A stretch of 64,000 nucleotides of DNA from Parcubacteria group bacterium Gr01-1014_31 (lineage in GTDB: Bacteria > Patescibacteriota > Patescibacteriia > Buchananbacterales > GWA2-38-13), in contig VMFR01000006.1 of NCBI GenBank assembly GCA_007376135.1, forward strand, positions 3,273-67,272, written 5' to 3'. The stretch's first letter is position 1; each line of letters starts with the position of its first letter. The notes under the pieces were generated by a model. That model saw only the letters and a list, made by a program, of their open reading frames with translations. It did not search any database and was not told the origin of the DNA. Made by a program: the position numbers and the translations under genes. Below are positions 1 through 8,479 of this stretch, piece after piece.

Positions 1-124
1 GGGTTGGTTCATTTCGGCTTCACAGCCGCGGATCTCGACTTTGACCTGGTCGAGGTCAAAGTAACCTCCAATGCACAGCCGCTTTCTCGCGCAGCTGGAA
101 AATTTCTTTCAGTAATTCTTTCAT
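1..124 (-). CDS. prfB: Peptide chain release factor 2, 5' part (runs off window), with programmed +1 frameshift
   Basis: The minus strand reads ATG(124) MKELLKEIFQLREKAAVHWRLL-stop, with GGAGG-TTA-CTT-TGA-C. The +1 frame continues DLDQVKVEIRGCEAEMNQP, which matches the RF2 N-terminus. Not in the ORF track. Confidence 0.9.
55..69 (-). promoter_or_regulatory. RF2 programmed +1 ribosomal frameshift signal (internal SD + CTTTGAC)
   Basis: GGAGG (69-65), 3-nt spacer, then CTT TGA C (61-55). This is the canonical prfB autoregulatory site. Confidence 0.9.
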
Positions 125-188
125 GGGTGGCCTGATTGAATGATGAATATATCCTATCGTTCGGAAAAATTCAATGCCGTGCGTTCGT

Positions 189-560
189 CTAGCGGCAGCC
201 CTTATCCGCGAGGTACTGCTTGCCGAGCGCGCTGCAATCGCAGTAGTCGCCGAATTTGGACCGCTTCCAGGTGCCGCCGCTCGCGGAGCACACCGGCTGG
301 GCCGCGGTCGTCAGCGCGGAAACCGGCTCGCAGGCGCGGAACTCCACGGCGGTCGCATCCCCGCGTCCGGGTTCATAGTAAGCCTGGCACCCGGGATGGC
401 GGCCGCATTGGGCCTCGCTCAGATACTGGCAGCGGCGTATGCCTAAAATGTACGACTGCAAACGCTCGCCCATCAGGCCGCGGTAGGCCATGATGAACAG
501 GAGCGCCAGGATGGCGACGGCGGCAAAAACGGCGAAGAGCGGAAATAATCGTTTGTGCAT
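189..560 (-). CDS. Small membrane-anchored Cys-rich hypothetical protein
   Basis: Likely start is M70 of the track ORF (MHKRLFPLFAVFAAVAILALLF). An N-terminal TM helix is followed by an 8-Cys extracellular part (CxxxGGTW...YCDC). Confidence 0.6.
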   Translation of the reverse strand: MHKRLFPLFAVFAAVAILALLFIMAYRGLMGERLQSYILGIRRCQYLSEAQCGRHPGCQAYYEPGRGDATAVEFRACEPVSALTTAAQPVCSASGGTWKRSKFGDYCDCSALGKQYLADKGCR

Positions 561-567
561 AGAATGT

Positions 568-891
568 TTATCTGCTCGGCGATATCGCGGGGATAGCGAT
601 GAACGCCGAATCGGACACGCGCCCGCAACGGTCGATCGCGACGCCCTCGGACCGCAAAAGTTCCGCTTTCCGGCGCCGGCCCCAGGCAAACCCGCCCAGG
701 TCCCCGCTGCTGGCAACGACCCGATGGCAAGGTACCGGCCCCGGGGTCGGATTTCGGTGCAGCGCATTGCCCACCGCCCGGGCCGCCCGCCGGCACCCGA
801 CGGCCGCTGCTATCGCCGCGTAGGAAGCAACCCGACCGGCCGGTATGCGTCGCGCCGCCGCATACACGAGCTGCGTGAACGTGTCCTCCAT
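568..891 (-). CDS. MGMT family (O6-methylguanine-DNA methyltransferase, C-terminal domain only)
   Basis: IPAGRVASY, RAVGNAL and the active-site motif PCHRVV. Confidence 0.9.
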   Translation of the reverse strand: MEDTFTQLVYAAARRIPAGRVASYAAIAAAVGCRRAARAVGNALHRNPTPGPVPCHRVVASSGDLGGFAWGRRRKAELLRSEGVAIDRCGRVSDSAFIAIPAISPSR

Positions 892-894
892 AGC

Positions 895-1260
895 CTACCG
901 CAATGGCGGCAACAGTTTCAGATACTCCTGCACGTACGACTGAATGAGCGGCGGCAAGTAAATTACACCCACCACCAGCGGCACAACGATGAGGAGGAAT
1001 TTGACCGCTCCCCAAACCCGATGCCAGAACATCCACCGCCGCCAACGCTCCAAGAGCGCGTAGCAGGCTTTGGTGTAATTGAGGTTGTCCTCCAGTAGCT
1101 GCCGCAGCTCCTGGATACGCTCGACCGCATCCTTCGGCGTGAACTGATGGATGGTTTTCGCGTACCGCAGCGTTTCCTCCGCCACCCCGCGCATTTCATC
1201 GAGATGCTCATGGAACGACTTGCTGTCGCCGCTGGTGCGCTGGTTGATGCTTTCCGGCAT
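895..1260 (-). CDS. Hypothetical membrane protein
   Basis: Helical N-terminus with one C-terminal TM helix (FLLIVVPLVVGVIYLP). Lies 3 bp upstream of the MGMT gene on the same strand. Confidence 0.65.
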   Translation of the reverse strand: MPESINQRTSGDSKSFHEHLDEMRGVAEETLRYAKTIHQFTPKDAVERIQELRQLLEDNLNYTKACYALLERWRRWMFWHRVWGAVKFLLIVVPLVVGVIYLPPLIQSYVQEYLKLLPPLR

Positions 1261-1302
1261 AGGTTTTTATCACGTTCACTATACCATAAAAACCGGTCCG
1301 AC

Positions 1303-1326
1303 AAAAAACCTGCCGAACGGTGGGTT
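1303..1326 (-). terminator. Possible rho-independent terminator after the B12 operon
   Basis: Minus strand AACCCACCG-TT-CGGCAGGTT followed by a T run. The stem is imperfect. Confidence 0.45.
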
Positions 1327-1354
1327 CGCAGACTCCGCTGACGAAAAAATTGGC

Positions 1355-1909
1355 TTACTGGCGCGCTAAAGGCAGAGGGGCCAAGACGGGCTTCCGCAGG
1401 CTGCGCCGAGCCCGGACGGCCTCAACCGCACCGAACATCACGGAGGTAAACACCAGATCCCCCACCAAGGTATTGCGGAAGAACGGCAGGGCGGCCACGT
1501 AGCTGGAAAGCAATCCGGCACCGGTCGTCGGGTACAGCGGGGTGAACTGCCATACCGCGTAGTTGGTCACCAGGTAAAACAGCGTGGAACCGCCCAAACT
1601 CGCCAGAACGACGCGCTCCCACCGGACGGCGCCGTGCCGCCGGATGCAGGCGCCCAGCCACGCCATGACAACAAAACTTCCGTACACCGACAACATGACG
1701 GGCAGCGCGTAGCCGCCGATGATGAAATTGCTCACGACCATGCCGGCGAGCCCGACCAGCATGCCCCAACGCCAGCCAAGGTACCCGGCGGCCACCAACG
1801 TAACGGCCGCCGCCGCGGTGAAGTTCGCCTGGTGCGGCAGCAGCCGCGTCACGACCGCGAATGCGATAAGGGCAACAGCAGCGACACCGCGGGAAATATT
1901 TACGTTCAT
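1355..1909 (-). CDS. DUF6580-like putative transport protein (ECF S-component-like), probable corrinoid uptake
   Basis: Multiple TM helices with RLLPH-xNF-xA, LFYLVTNYAVW...Y and YVAALPFFRNTLVGDLVF motifs. Last gene of the riboswitch-led operon. Confidence 0.8.
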   Translation of the reverse strand: MNVNISRGVAAVALIAFAVVTRLLPHQANFTAAAAVTLVAAGYLGWRWGMLVGLAGMVVSNFIIGGYALPVMLSVYGSFVVMAWLGACIRRHGAVRWERVVLASLGGSTLFYLVTNYAVWQFTPLYPTTGAGLLSSYVAALPFFRNTLVGDLVFTSVMFGAVEAVRARRSLRKPVLAPLPLARQ

Positions 1910-1955
1910 ATGATGGAAAATGCAAAAAAAATTTAATCGCGATGAGGGGCCGAGT

Positions 1956-2450
1956 TCACCTCATTTCCGCCACAAAACCTCTGTCGGTGTATTTCCACAG
2001 CACCTGGTCGCCTGGCTGCAGCGGGAATCGGCTGGCGCTGACCTCGGCGAAACGCTGATTGACCCAGTAATGCCAGAAACGATCGGCACCGGCATCATTC
2101 CTGATGCCGCCGATACCATCCACAAGCACGCCCATTGCTCCAAAATCCTCGTGGGTAACGGCAAGCCCGTTGTCTTTTTCCACCTGCTGCAGTGCCGACC
2201 ACACCGTCTGCTCTGCGGCCAGCGGAATGGTGCCGTACGTAACCACGCGTCCGTCGCCGAAGTCCACCATCACGCTCGCGGTCGAGGTCGGCACCGCGGC
2301 GGGGATTTGCACCGCCGGCGCGAAGGGAACGAAGGACCGGGGCAGAAACCAACCCGCTGCCACCCCAACGGCCAGTATCGCCAAACCGCTAAACCAACGA
2401 CGCATACCCCGTAGGATAACGGTCAAACGTGCAGTCGCGTATTGCTCCAT
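1956..2450 (-). CDS. DUF4430 (transcobalamin C-terminal-like) domain protein, membrane anchored
   Basis: TM helix, then TVWSAL...GVLVDGIGGIRN...FWHYWVNQ...VSA...LQPGDQVLWKY. The start may be the internal M (MRRWF). Confidence 0.85.
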   Translation of the reverse strand: MEQYATARLTVILRGMRRWFSGLAILAVGVAAGWFLPRSFVPFAPAVQIPAAVPTSTASVMVDFGDGRVVTYGTIPLAAEQTVWSALQQVEKDNGLAVTHEDFGAMGVLVDGIGGIRNDAGADRFWHYWVNQRFAEVSASRFPLQPGDQVLWKYTDRGFVAEMR

Positions 2451-2497
2451 AAAGTTTTTCTACGCTGCCGCAGGTTCGCTCTGCGCCGCCCGTGGTC

Positions 2498-3001
2498 CTA
2501 CGGGGCATAGGAACGTGAACGGTTATGCCGCAGCAGGTACGCCGCCAACACCGAAAGCGCGCCAAGTACTATGCCCCGCACCGCCGCCCCTACCCAGGCA
2601 TGTTCCGCGGCCAGCTCGACAGGATAGCGAATTCCGGTGGCGATCCGTATGGCAGAACCCTGCAACGGCCGCGCCACAACCAGCACATCGACTGATCTGG
2701 TGCGCCAGCCTGAGGGCCGGTAGCGCAGCGCTACCCGTTCGCTGGCGCCGGGGTTGAGCTGGAACGCCTCCGGTTCGATCGCCAGGGCAACGCCGTCCGG
2801 CGGCTGGATAGTGTAGGCGGCGGGCTCCGGCATGATATTCGTGACCAGGAACTCCCCGGCGACCGGCTCCCCGGCCGGCCCGGACAATCGCAGCGAGGCC
2901 GGACGGACGCTCAACCCAGCGGCGTTGCCGGGCAGAGCCGACAGGACACCCGCGACGATGGCCAGCAGCGCGCCATGGAGATACGAACGCGGGTTCAGCA
3001 T
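2498..3001 (-). CDS. Secreted Ig/PapD-like protein with C-terminal membrane anchor
   Basis: Signal peptide, beta-rich LSVRP...VTN...FQLNPG...V fold and a C-terminal TM helix followed by basic residues. Confidence 0.6.
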   Translation of the reverse strand: MLNPRSYLHGALLAIVAGVLSALPGNAAGLSVRPASLRLSGPAGEPVAGEFLVTNIMPEPAAYTIQPPDGVALAIEPEAFQLNPGASERVALRYRPSGWRTRSVDVLVVARPLQGSAIRIATGIRYPVELAAEHAWVGAAVRGIVLGALSVLAAYLLRHNRSRSYAP

Positions 3002-3034
3002 ATCGGAAATAGCGGGAAAGAGGAATCCACCGCC

Positions 3035-4855
3035 CTACCTCGGATCGGCCCAAAAGATAAGTTCGCCGGTCTTAATGCCGCGGCCGAGGTAGCTGCCAGG
3101 AACGGTCAGCTCGGCGGTCACGGGAGCAGTGTGTTGGTGCAATACGTCAACGGCAAACTCCGGCCACGCGACACCGCCCAATACCAGCGCGGCGAACAGC
3201 GGGTCCCCCTTCACCTCGGCGGTCACCGCCACATCCACGGTGCCGTCATTTTTCAACGTCACGTCGCCCGCCGCTCGTTGTCCGGGGGTCAGGCGGCCGA
3301 AATCCAACTGCGCCGGGGTGACCGAGAAGACAATGGAGGAGCCCCCGACCGTACCGCCTGGACCACCGCCCCCCTCCACCACCTCTACCTTAAGCTGCAT
3401 GGTGCCAGAAACCCCGTCACCGACCGATAATTCCTGCGACGCGCTGCGCACAAAGTCGGTCTTGCTGGCCTGCAGCGTGTAGCGCCCGTCCGGTAATGAC
3501 AGGAGCGCGGTGCCGTCACTGGCCGTCGTCACCGGACTTGGCGTGCCAGCTATCGTTGCTCCATCGAGGGAGGACCAGGCACCATCGCGGAACACTGTTA
3601 CCGTCGCGGTCACTGAACCGCCGCTGGCAACGGCTGCCGACGTTAGGCCCAACCGCAACGGGCGGTCGTAGTCAGGATACTCCGGCGTTCGATAATCAGG
3701 GTCCCAATACACCAGCACTTCGTCGTTCGGCTGCAACTGGTAACTCTGCAGTCCGACGCTGGCTGGCTCGTTGTTCACCAAATACATCCACGAAGCAAGC
3801 CCGCTGGCGTGTTCGTCATTGATGTCGGTCAGCAGAAACCCCAGCCCTTCAATGGTCGCGCCGCTGAACGAGTACCCACAGGCCGTCGCGCCCGCCGCGA
3901 GAAGGTCGTAGGCCGTGCTACCGTCCAGGCGGGTGTTGCAGAGCGTGCGGTCGCGGCCTTCCACGCGGTAGACGTACGCGCCATCAACCGCGGGACGGTA
4001 GTACCCGACCGGAATAGTAGCACCCGACAAGGCCAACGCTGCATCCTGGGTCGCGAACGCATTTGCCCCCGGCTGCGATAGCATCCAGGAGAACGACCCG
4101 TCAGAGTTCTCCAATGACGCGAGAAAGGTGAGCGGCGTGCCGCCCGGCTGCGTGACCTCTGCCGGGTCCAGCCCGAGCTTGCGGAGGGCCAACATTGCCC
4201 AGGCGGTGGAATCCGCATCCGATTCCGTACCGGCGACATAAGGAAACCCGCCGTCGCCATTCTGCAGTCCGCGCAGATAGCTCAGGGCCGAGGCGAGCGC
4301 GGGAGCATCGGCGGCCACTCCTGCTTCGCGCAGCGCCAACAATGCGGCGGCGGTGCTGTTGGAATCGCTGGAACTGCCGACCGCAAAGCCGAAACCCCCG
4401 TCGCTGTTCTGGTGGGAGACCAGGTACGATTTTGCGCTGGAAATCAGCGGGTCGCTTGTAGAAATACTGGCGGATGACAGCGCAAGAATTCCCCAGGCGT
4501 CGTCATTGAGGAACGCCGGGTCGCCCAGCTGTCCCCCGCTGGCCAGCGCCTGCAGTTGCGCGACGTAATCCACGTTGCCAAAAGTTGCGGGGTTTTGCCC
4601 GAGGGCGGCGAGCGCCAAAATAGCTTTGGCGTAGTCGTTCACTCCGCTGCCGGAAACGCTGCGCAAATGTTCCGTCGGCAGATTTGCAACGCCATTGGCG
4701 GCGAGCGCCATCGTGATCCAGGCGTTGGGCGCGAGGGTTTGCAGGTAACTGACCGTGGTCGGACTGATGCCGGCCCGACCGGGCATCACGGTGGCCGCCA
4801 GGACCGTCACCACGGCTCCGGATGCGGCGATCCAACGGAATCGGTTTGCGGACAT
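3035..4855 (-). CDS. Secreted prenyltransferase/squalene-oxidase-repeat (alpha/alpha barrel) + DUF4430 + Ig-like protein; transcobalamin-like B12-binding candidate
   Basis: The true start is likely ATG 4855 (MSANRFRWIAA..., signal peptide, AGGGAG RBS), because the track ORF extension runs through the riboswitch. QNSDGGF/QNGDGGF/ENSDGSF repeats are followed by the DUF4430 motif WMYLVNN...VG...LQPNDEVLVY. Confidence 0.8.
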   Translation of the reverse strand: MSANRFRWIAASGAVVTVLAATVMPGRAGISPTTVSYLQTLAPNAWITMALAANGVANLPTEHLRSVSGSGVNDYAKAILALAALGQNPATFGNVDYVAQLQALASGGQLGDPAFLNDDAWGILALSSASISTSDPLISSAKSYLVSHQNSDGGFGFAVGSSSDSNSTAAALLALREAGVAADAPALASALSYLRGLQNGDGGFPYVAGTESDADSTAWAMLALRKLGLDPAEVTQPGGTPLTFLASLENSDGSFSWMLSQPGANAFATQDAALALSGATIPVGYYRPAVDGAYVYRVEGRDRTLCNTRLDGSTAYDLLAAGATACGYSFSGATIEGLGFLLTDINDEHASGLASWMYLVNNEPASVGLQSYQLQPNDEVLVYWDPDYRTPEYPDYDRPLRLGLTSAAVASGGSVTATVTVFRDGAWSSLDGATIAGTPSPVTTASDGTALLSLPDGRYTLQASKTDFVRSASQELSVGDGVSGTMQLKVEVVEGGGGPGGTVGGSSIVFSVTPAQLDFGRLTPGQRAAGDVTLKNDGTVDVAVTAEVKGDPLFAALVLGGVAWPEFAVDVLHQHTAPVTAELTVPGSYLGRGIKTGELIFWADPR

Positions 4856-4861
4856 AAAAAA

Positions 4862-4881
4862 ATCTCCCTGATTCGAGGGAG
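4862..4881 (-). promoter_or_regulatory. RBS-sequestering hairpin (riboswitch expression platform)
   Basis: Minus strand CTCCCT-CGAATC-AGGGAG just upstream of ATG 4855. Confidence 0.55.
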
Positions 4882-4969
4882 TGGAACGGCCACGCGCGGA
4901 CGCCCGCGGAGCGCCAGCAGGCCTGGCCGATTCACCAACTCTTATTCCTCGAAGAGTTACGTGAGTAAG

Positions 4970-5068
4970 CGTTCCGTGGATAGCGACCGGGCTTGGTCCC
5001 CACGACATGGGGCCATTACCGTTGCGGGTCAGCGGCTGAATCACACAGCACTTCGTACCCGCGGAACG
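4970..5068 (-). ncRNA. Cobalamin riboswitch (short, class II-like)
   Basis: Minus strand CGTTCCGCGGGTA...GAAG-TGCTGTGTGATTCAGC-CGCTGACCCGCAACGGTAA-hairpin-AAGCCCGGTCGC-TATCCACGGAACG. It has a closing stem and a B12-box-like core, and lies upstream of DUF4430/DUF6580 genes. Confidence 0.85.
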
Positions 5069-5081
5069 TTCGGATTGTCAA

Positions 5082-5160
5082 TCCTTCGACTGGCTCAGGA
5101 CTTTGAGTCATGAGCGCCTCAGGCCAATGATTGACCCTGAGCGCAATCGAATGGGTCAAT
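5082..5160. repeat. REP-like palindromic pair (CCTTCGAC..GCTCAGG / CCCTGAGC..TCGAA.GGG)
   Basis: Two inverted imperfect copies in the intergenic gap. Confidence 0.55.
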
Positions 5161-5243
5161 GCAATGCTTGAGCTTCACCAGCGTACGCAGCATCTCAACA
5201 TCCGTCAAGGACGCTGATTGTGGATAAACGATACCGGCATCCC

Positions 5244-7133
5244 CTACTTAGCTGCCGGCCCCGCCGGACGGAAGATCTCTGCGACCATGGCCGCCACCGC
5301 TGGCGCGCCGCCATAAGGACGGGGAGAAAGTTCCAACGGGTCCTGGGCGAGGTCGAACACCGAAACGGTATCCGCCTGAAAATCCACCAGATATTTCAGG
5401 GGGAAACGGAGGAGCGCCAAGCGCGGCCGCGTATACGGCTGCAACATCAATATGGATGTGGCCACGGCAGCGGGCCTGCCCTGTAACGGGTCGCGCAACG
5501 ATCGCCCCAAGAGCGTCGGCGAAACCGGCAATTGCAGCAGGTCGACGATCGTGGGGAGAATGTCCATCTGGCTGCGGGCTTCAGCTATCGGTTGCCCGAA
5601 AGAGAAACGCCAAGGGTTTTCCTTGGGCGGTACGGCCAGCAAGAAGCTGCTGAAACTTCCGTCGCGCACGTCGTACTCAACGGTCGTGAAATTGCCGATC
5701 CGGTCCATCTGGAACCCGGTATCGCTATAGGCAAACACCATGGTGCCAGGCATCTCCTCTAATGCCTCCAGCAGCTGCCCCAGGTAAGCGTCCTGAACGA
5801 AGGTGGTGTTGATCAGCTGCTCGCGGAACGTCTGCGGGGTCGGGAACGGTACCGATGCAAGCATTGCCGGATCTTGTACCGTCGGCCACGGGTAGTGGTT
5901 GGTGCCACTGACCGCAATCAGCGCGAACACCCGGTCGTTCTCCGCGCGACGCAGCACTTCAACGACGCGCCGGAAGTACACGTCTTCACGGTACCCCCAA
6001 GGCAACAGCGGGTCGCCCGGTTCGGTGATATCGGCGTCGTGCAGCTCGTCAAAGCCGATAGCGGAAAGCCACCGGTCGCCGTGCGCGAACGTCAGGTGGT
6101 CGTTCTTAAAAACTATCGTGCGGTAGCCGGCCTCGCGCAGCAGCCGCGGCAAGCAGGGCAATCGCTGGAGCTGCTCACGAGGGTAGCTGTTGACGAGGGT
6201 GTCGCCCACGGACGGCGGCAGACCGCACAACAGACTTTCCTGCGACCGGATGGTCTGGACCCCGTTGCTATAGAAGCGCGGAAACAGCACGCCGCGCTGG
6301 GCGTACCGATACAGTGTGGGTGTGGTCGTCGGACGCACCAGGTCGCCGCTGACGCTCTCCAGCTGGACAAAAATAATGCGCCGGGGCGCGTCCGCGGGCA
6401 GCGACCCGCTGCGTTGGGGAGCGCTCGCGCTGCGCTCCAACAGCCGCGCGTACCCCGTGGCGTACGCTCCCCGACCCGCGTTCCCGAAGGTATGGACAAA
6501 GCGGGATAATTCTCCGGTGAACTCGCGGTATCCCAACAGCGCCCCGAGCGCAGCGACCAGCAACAACGCGCTCGTCCCGATCTGGAGCCAGTTGCGTTCG
6601 GACCGCGGCCGGGAGTTCCACGACCACGCCAGCAACAACCAAAAAACGGCGAACGCGGGTCCGAGCAACCCAAGTGCCCACAGCACTTCGGGCCCGAAAC
6701 TGCGCGCCACGGTGGTGAGCGCATCACCGCGGTTGAACCAAAAGAAAGCGAAATCGAAGGTCAAACCGCTGCGCCAGTGGTAGAGCAGCAAAAACCAATA
6801 GAGCTGGTGGACCAGGCCGAAACCCGCGGCCGTCGCGATGACGACCGCTATCCGCAGCAGTCGCGGACGCAGAAATCCCGCTGTCAGAACGAGCCATAGC
6901 GGCACGAATATTGACCAACCAACGGTCACCACGAGCCAGACCGGCAGTGATGTAAATGGCGCCGCGACTGCCTGGTGTGCGATCAACAGCGTCCGCCTAA
7001 CAAGGTAAAGCTCGATCAGCGCCGCCGCCAGCCAATACACCACCAGCAACCCGAGCAACGGCCAGGCCGCATAACGGGCGGCGGCAACGCCTCCCCGGTC
7101 CAGGAATGTTGACCAACGCTTCAGTAGGGACAT
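5244..7133 (-). CDS. LTA synthase-like / sulfatase (alkaline phosphatase superfamily) membrane protein
   Basis: About 5 N-terminal TM helices, then IIFVQLES, catalytic T in QTIRSQ, NHYP, SQMDILPTI and GRSL. Confidence 0.85.
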   Translation of the reverse strand: MSLLKRWSTFLDRGGVAAARYAAWPLLGLLVVYWLAAALIELYLVRRTLLIAHQAVAAPFTSLPVWLVVTVGWSIFVPLWLVLTAGFLRPRLLRIAVVIATAAGFGLVHQLYWFLLLYHWRSGLTFDFAFFWFNRGDALTTVARSFGPEVLWALGLLGPAFAVFWLLLAWSWNSRPRSERNWLQIGTSALLLVAALGALLGYREFTGELSRFVHTFGNAGRGAYATGYARLLERSASAPQRSGSLPADAPRRIIFVQLESVSGDLVRPTTTPTLYRYAQRGVLFPRFYSNGVQTIRSQESLLCGLPPSVGDTLVNSYPREQLQRLPCLPRLLREAGYRTIVFKNDHLTFAHGDRWLSAIGFDELHDADITEPGDPLLPWGYREDVYFRRVVEVLRRAENDRVFALIAVSGTNHYPWPTVQDPAMLASVPFPTPQTFREQLINTTFVQDAYLGQLLEALEEMPGTMVFAYSDTGFQMDRIGNFTTVEYDVRDGSFSSFLLAVPPKENPWRFSFGQPIAEARSQMDILPTIVDLLQLPVSPTLLGRSLRDPLQGRPAAVATSILMLQPYTRPRLALLRFPLKYLVDFQADTVSVFDLAQDPLELSPRPYGGAPAVAAMVAEIFRPAGPAAK

Positions 7134-7190
7134 GGCATGAAAAAACCGTCGGTACGCTCCGACAGCCAGCTGACGGCGCCCGCCTGGCCG

Positions 7191-8363
7191 CTACCGCTTG
7201 ATGCGGCGGCGGATGAATGCGGGGATCTCCAGCTCCTCCTCTTCGGTAGTTTTTGACGGGGTAGGCATGGTGGGCTCTTCCGCGACTGGTTCGGGGATGG
7301 GCATCGGGCGCGGGGCGGGGCGGGGCGGTTCGGGCTTCCGCTCGCGGCGGACAAAGGCGGTGGGCTTGTAGCTGGTCTCCGCGGTCGGTTCCTCGTGTAA
7401 GGACTTCGCGCGCTCGGCAAACCCCGTGGCAATGACAGTGATCTTCACCTCGTCTTTCAGCGCCTCGTCGATGACGGTGCCGAAGATGATCTTGGCGTTG
7501 GGGTCGGCCGATTGGGTGATGATCTTGGCCGCTTCGTTGACCTCGTGCATCGTAATGCCGCGCGGCCCGGCGATGCTGAACAAAATGCCTTTGGCGCCCT
7601 CAATGGAGAGCTCCAGGAGCGGGCTGGAAACGGCGGCCTTGGCGGCGTTGACCGCGCGGTTCTCGCCGCTGGCGCGGCCGATACCCATCAACGCGGACCC
7701 GGTATCCGACATGATGGCTTTGACGTCGGCGAAATCCAGGTTGATAAGTCCGGGAACCGTAATGAGGTCGGCGATCCCCTGCACGCCCTGCCGCAGGGTC
7801 TCATCGCACGTTTCAAAAGCGTCCAAGAGGGATACCTGCTTGTCCACCACCTGCAGCAGCCGGTCGTTGGGGATGGTGATAATGGCATCCACCTTCTCTT
7901 TCAGTTCGGCGTGCGCTTTCTCGGCGATCTCGCGCCGCTGCGCGCCTTCAAAAGTGAACGGCTTGGTCACCACCGCCACGGTCAATGCCCCCAATTCTTT
8001 GGCAATGCCGGCCACCGTCGGCGATGCGCCCGAGCCGGTGCCGCCGCCCAGACCGCAGGTGATGAACACCATATCCGCGCCACGCAGCATATCGCGCAGC
8101 TCATTGACGCTCTCGTCGGCCGCCGCGCGTCCAACCGTCGGGTCCATGCCGGCGCCGAGTCCGCGGGTGGTGTTCTTGCCGATATGCAAACGGTGCTGCG
8201 CGTGACACTGATGCAGCGCCTGCAGATCCGTATTGATCGCCAAAAAATCGACGCCCTTGATCTTGGCGGCAACCATCCGGTTAACGGCCGACCCTCCCGA
8301 CCCCCCGACGCCGATCACCTTGATCTTTGCGATTGTCTCAATGTCTGGTTTGAATTCGCCCAT
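7191..8363 (-). CDS. ftsZ: Cell division protein FtsZ
   Basis: IKVIGVGGSG, tubulin signature GGGTGSG, NLDFAD and C-terminal LEIPAFIRR. Start adjusted to MGEFKPD. Confidence 0.98.
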   Translation of the reverse strand: MGEFKPDIETIAKIKVIGVGGSGGSAVNRMVAAKIKGVDFLAINTDLQALHQCHAQHRLHIGKNTTRGLGAGMDPTVGRAAADESVNELRDMLRGADMVFITCGLGGGTGSGASPTVAGIAKELGALTVAVVTKPFTFEGAQRREIAEKAHAELKEKVDAIITIPNDRLLQVVDKQVSLLDAFETCDETLRQGVQGIADLITVPGLINLDFADVKAIMSDTGSALMGIGRASGENRAVNAAKAAVSSPLLELSIEGAKGILFSIAGPRGITMHEVNEAAKIITQSADPNAKIIFGTVIDEALKDEVKITVIATGFAERAKSLHEEPTAETSYKPTAFVRRERKPEPPRPAPRPMPIPEPVAEEPTMPTPSKTTEEEELEIPAFIRRRIKR

Positions 8364-8479
8364 AACGGTATTGAGGATCGAGAATGCAGAATCGGGAATT
8401 GAGAAGATGTGCTCGCGGATAAACCCCTTGGACTCCATTTCGCCTCCCAATTCACAATTCCGAATCCCTGATTCCCCGC

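Noticed and set aside
3035-4855. Squalene-hopene cyclase / terpene biosynthesis gene
   Set aside because: It has a signal peptide and a single barrel fused to DUF4430 in a B12 riboswitch context, and no DxDD cyclase motif is evident.
4856-5044. 63-aa N-terminal extension of the B12-binding gene in the ORF track
   Set aside because: It runs through the riboswitch; the signal peptide and RBS support ATG 4855.
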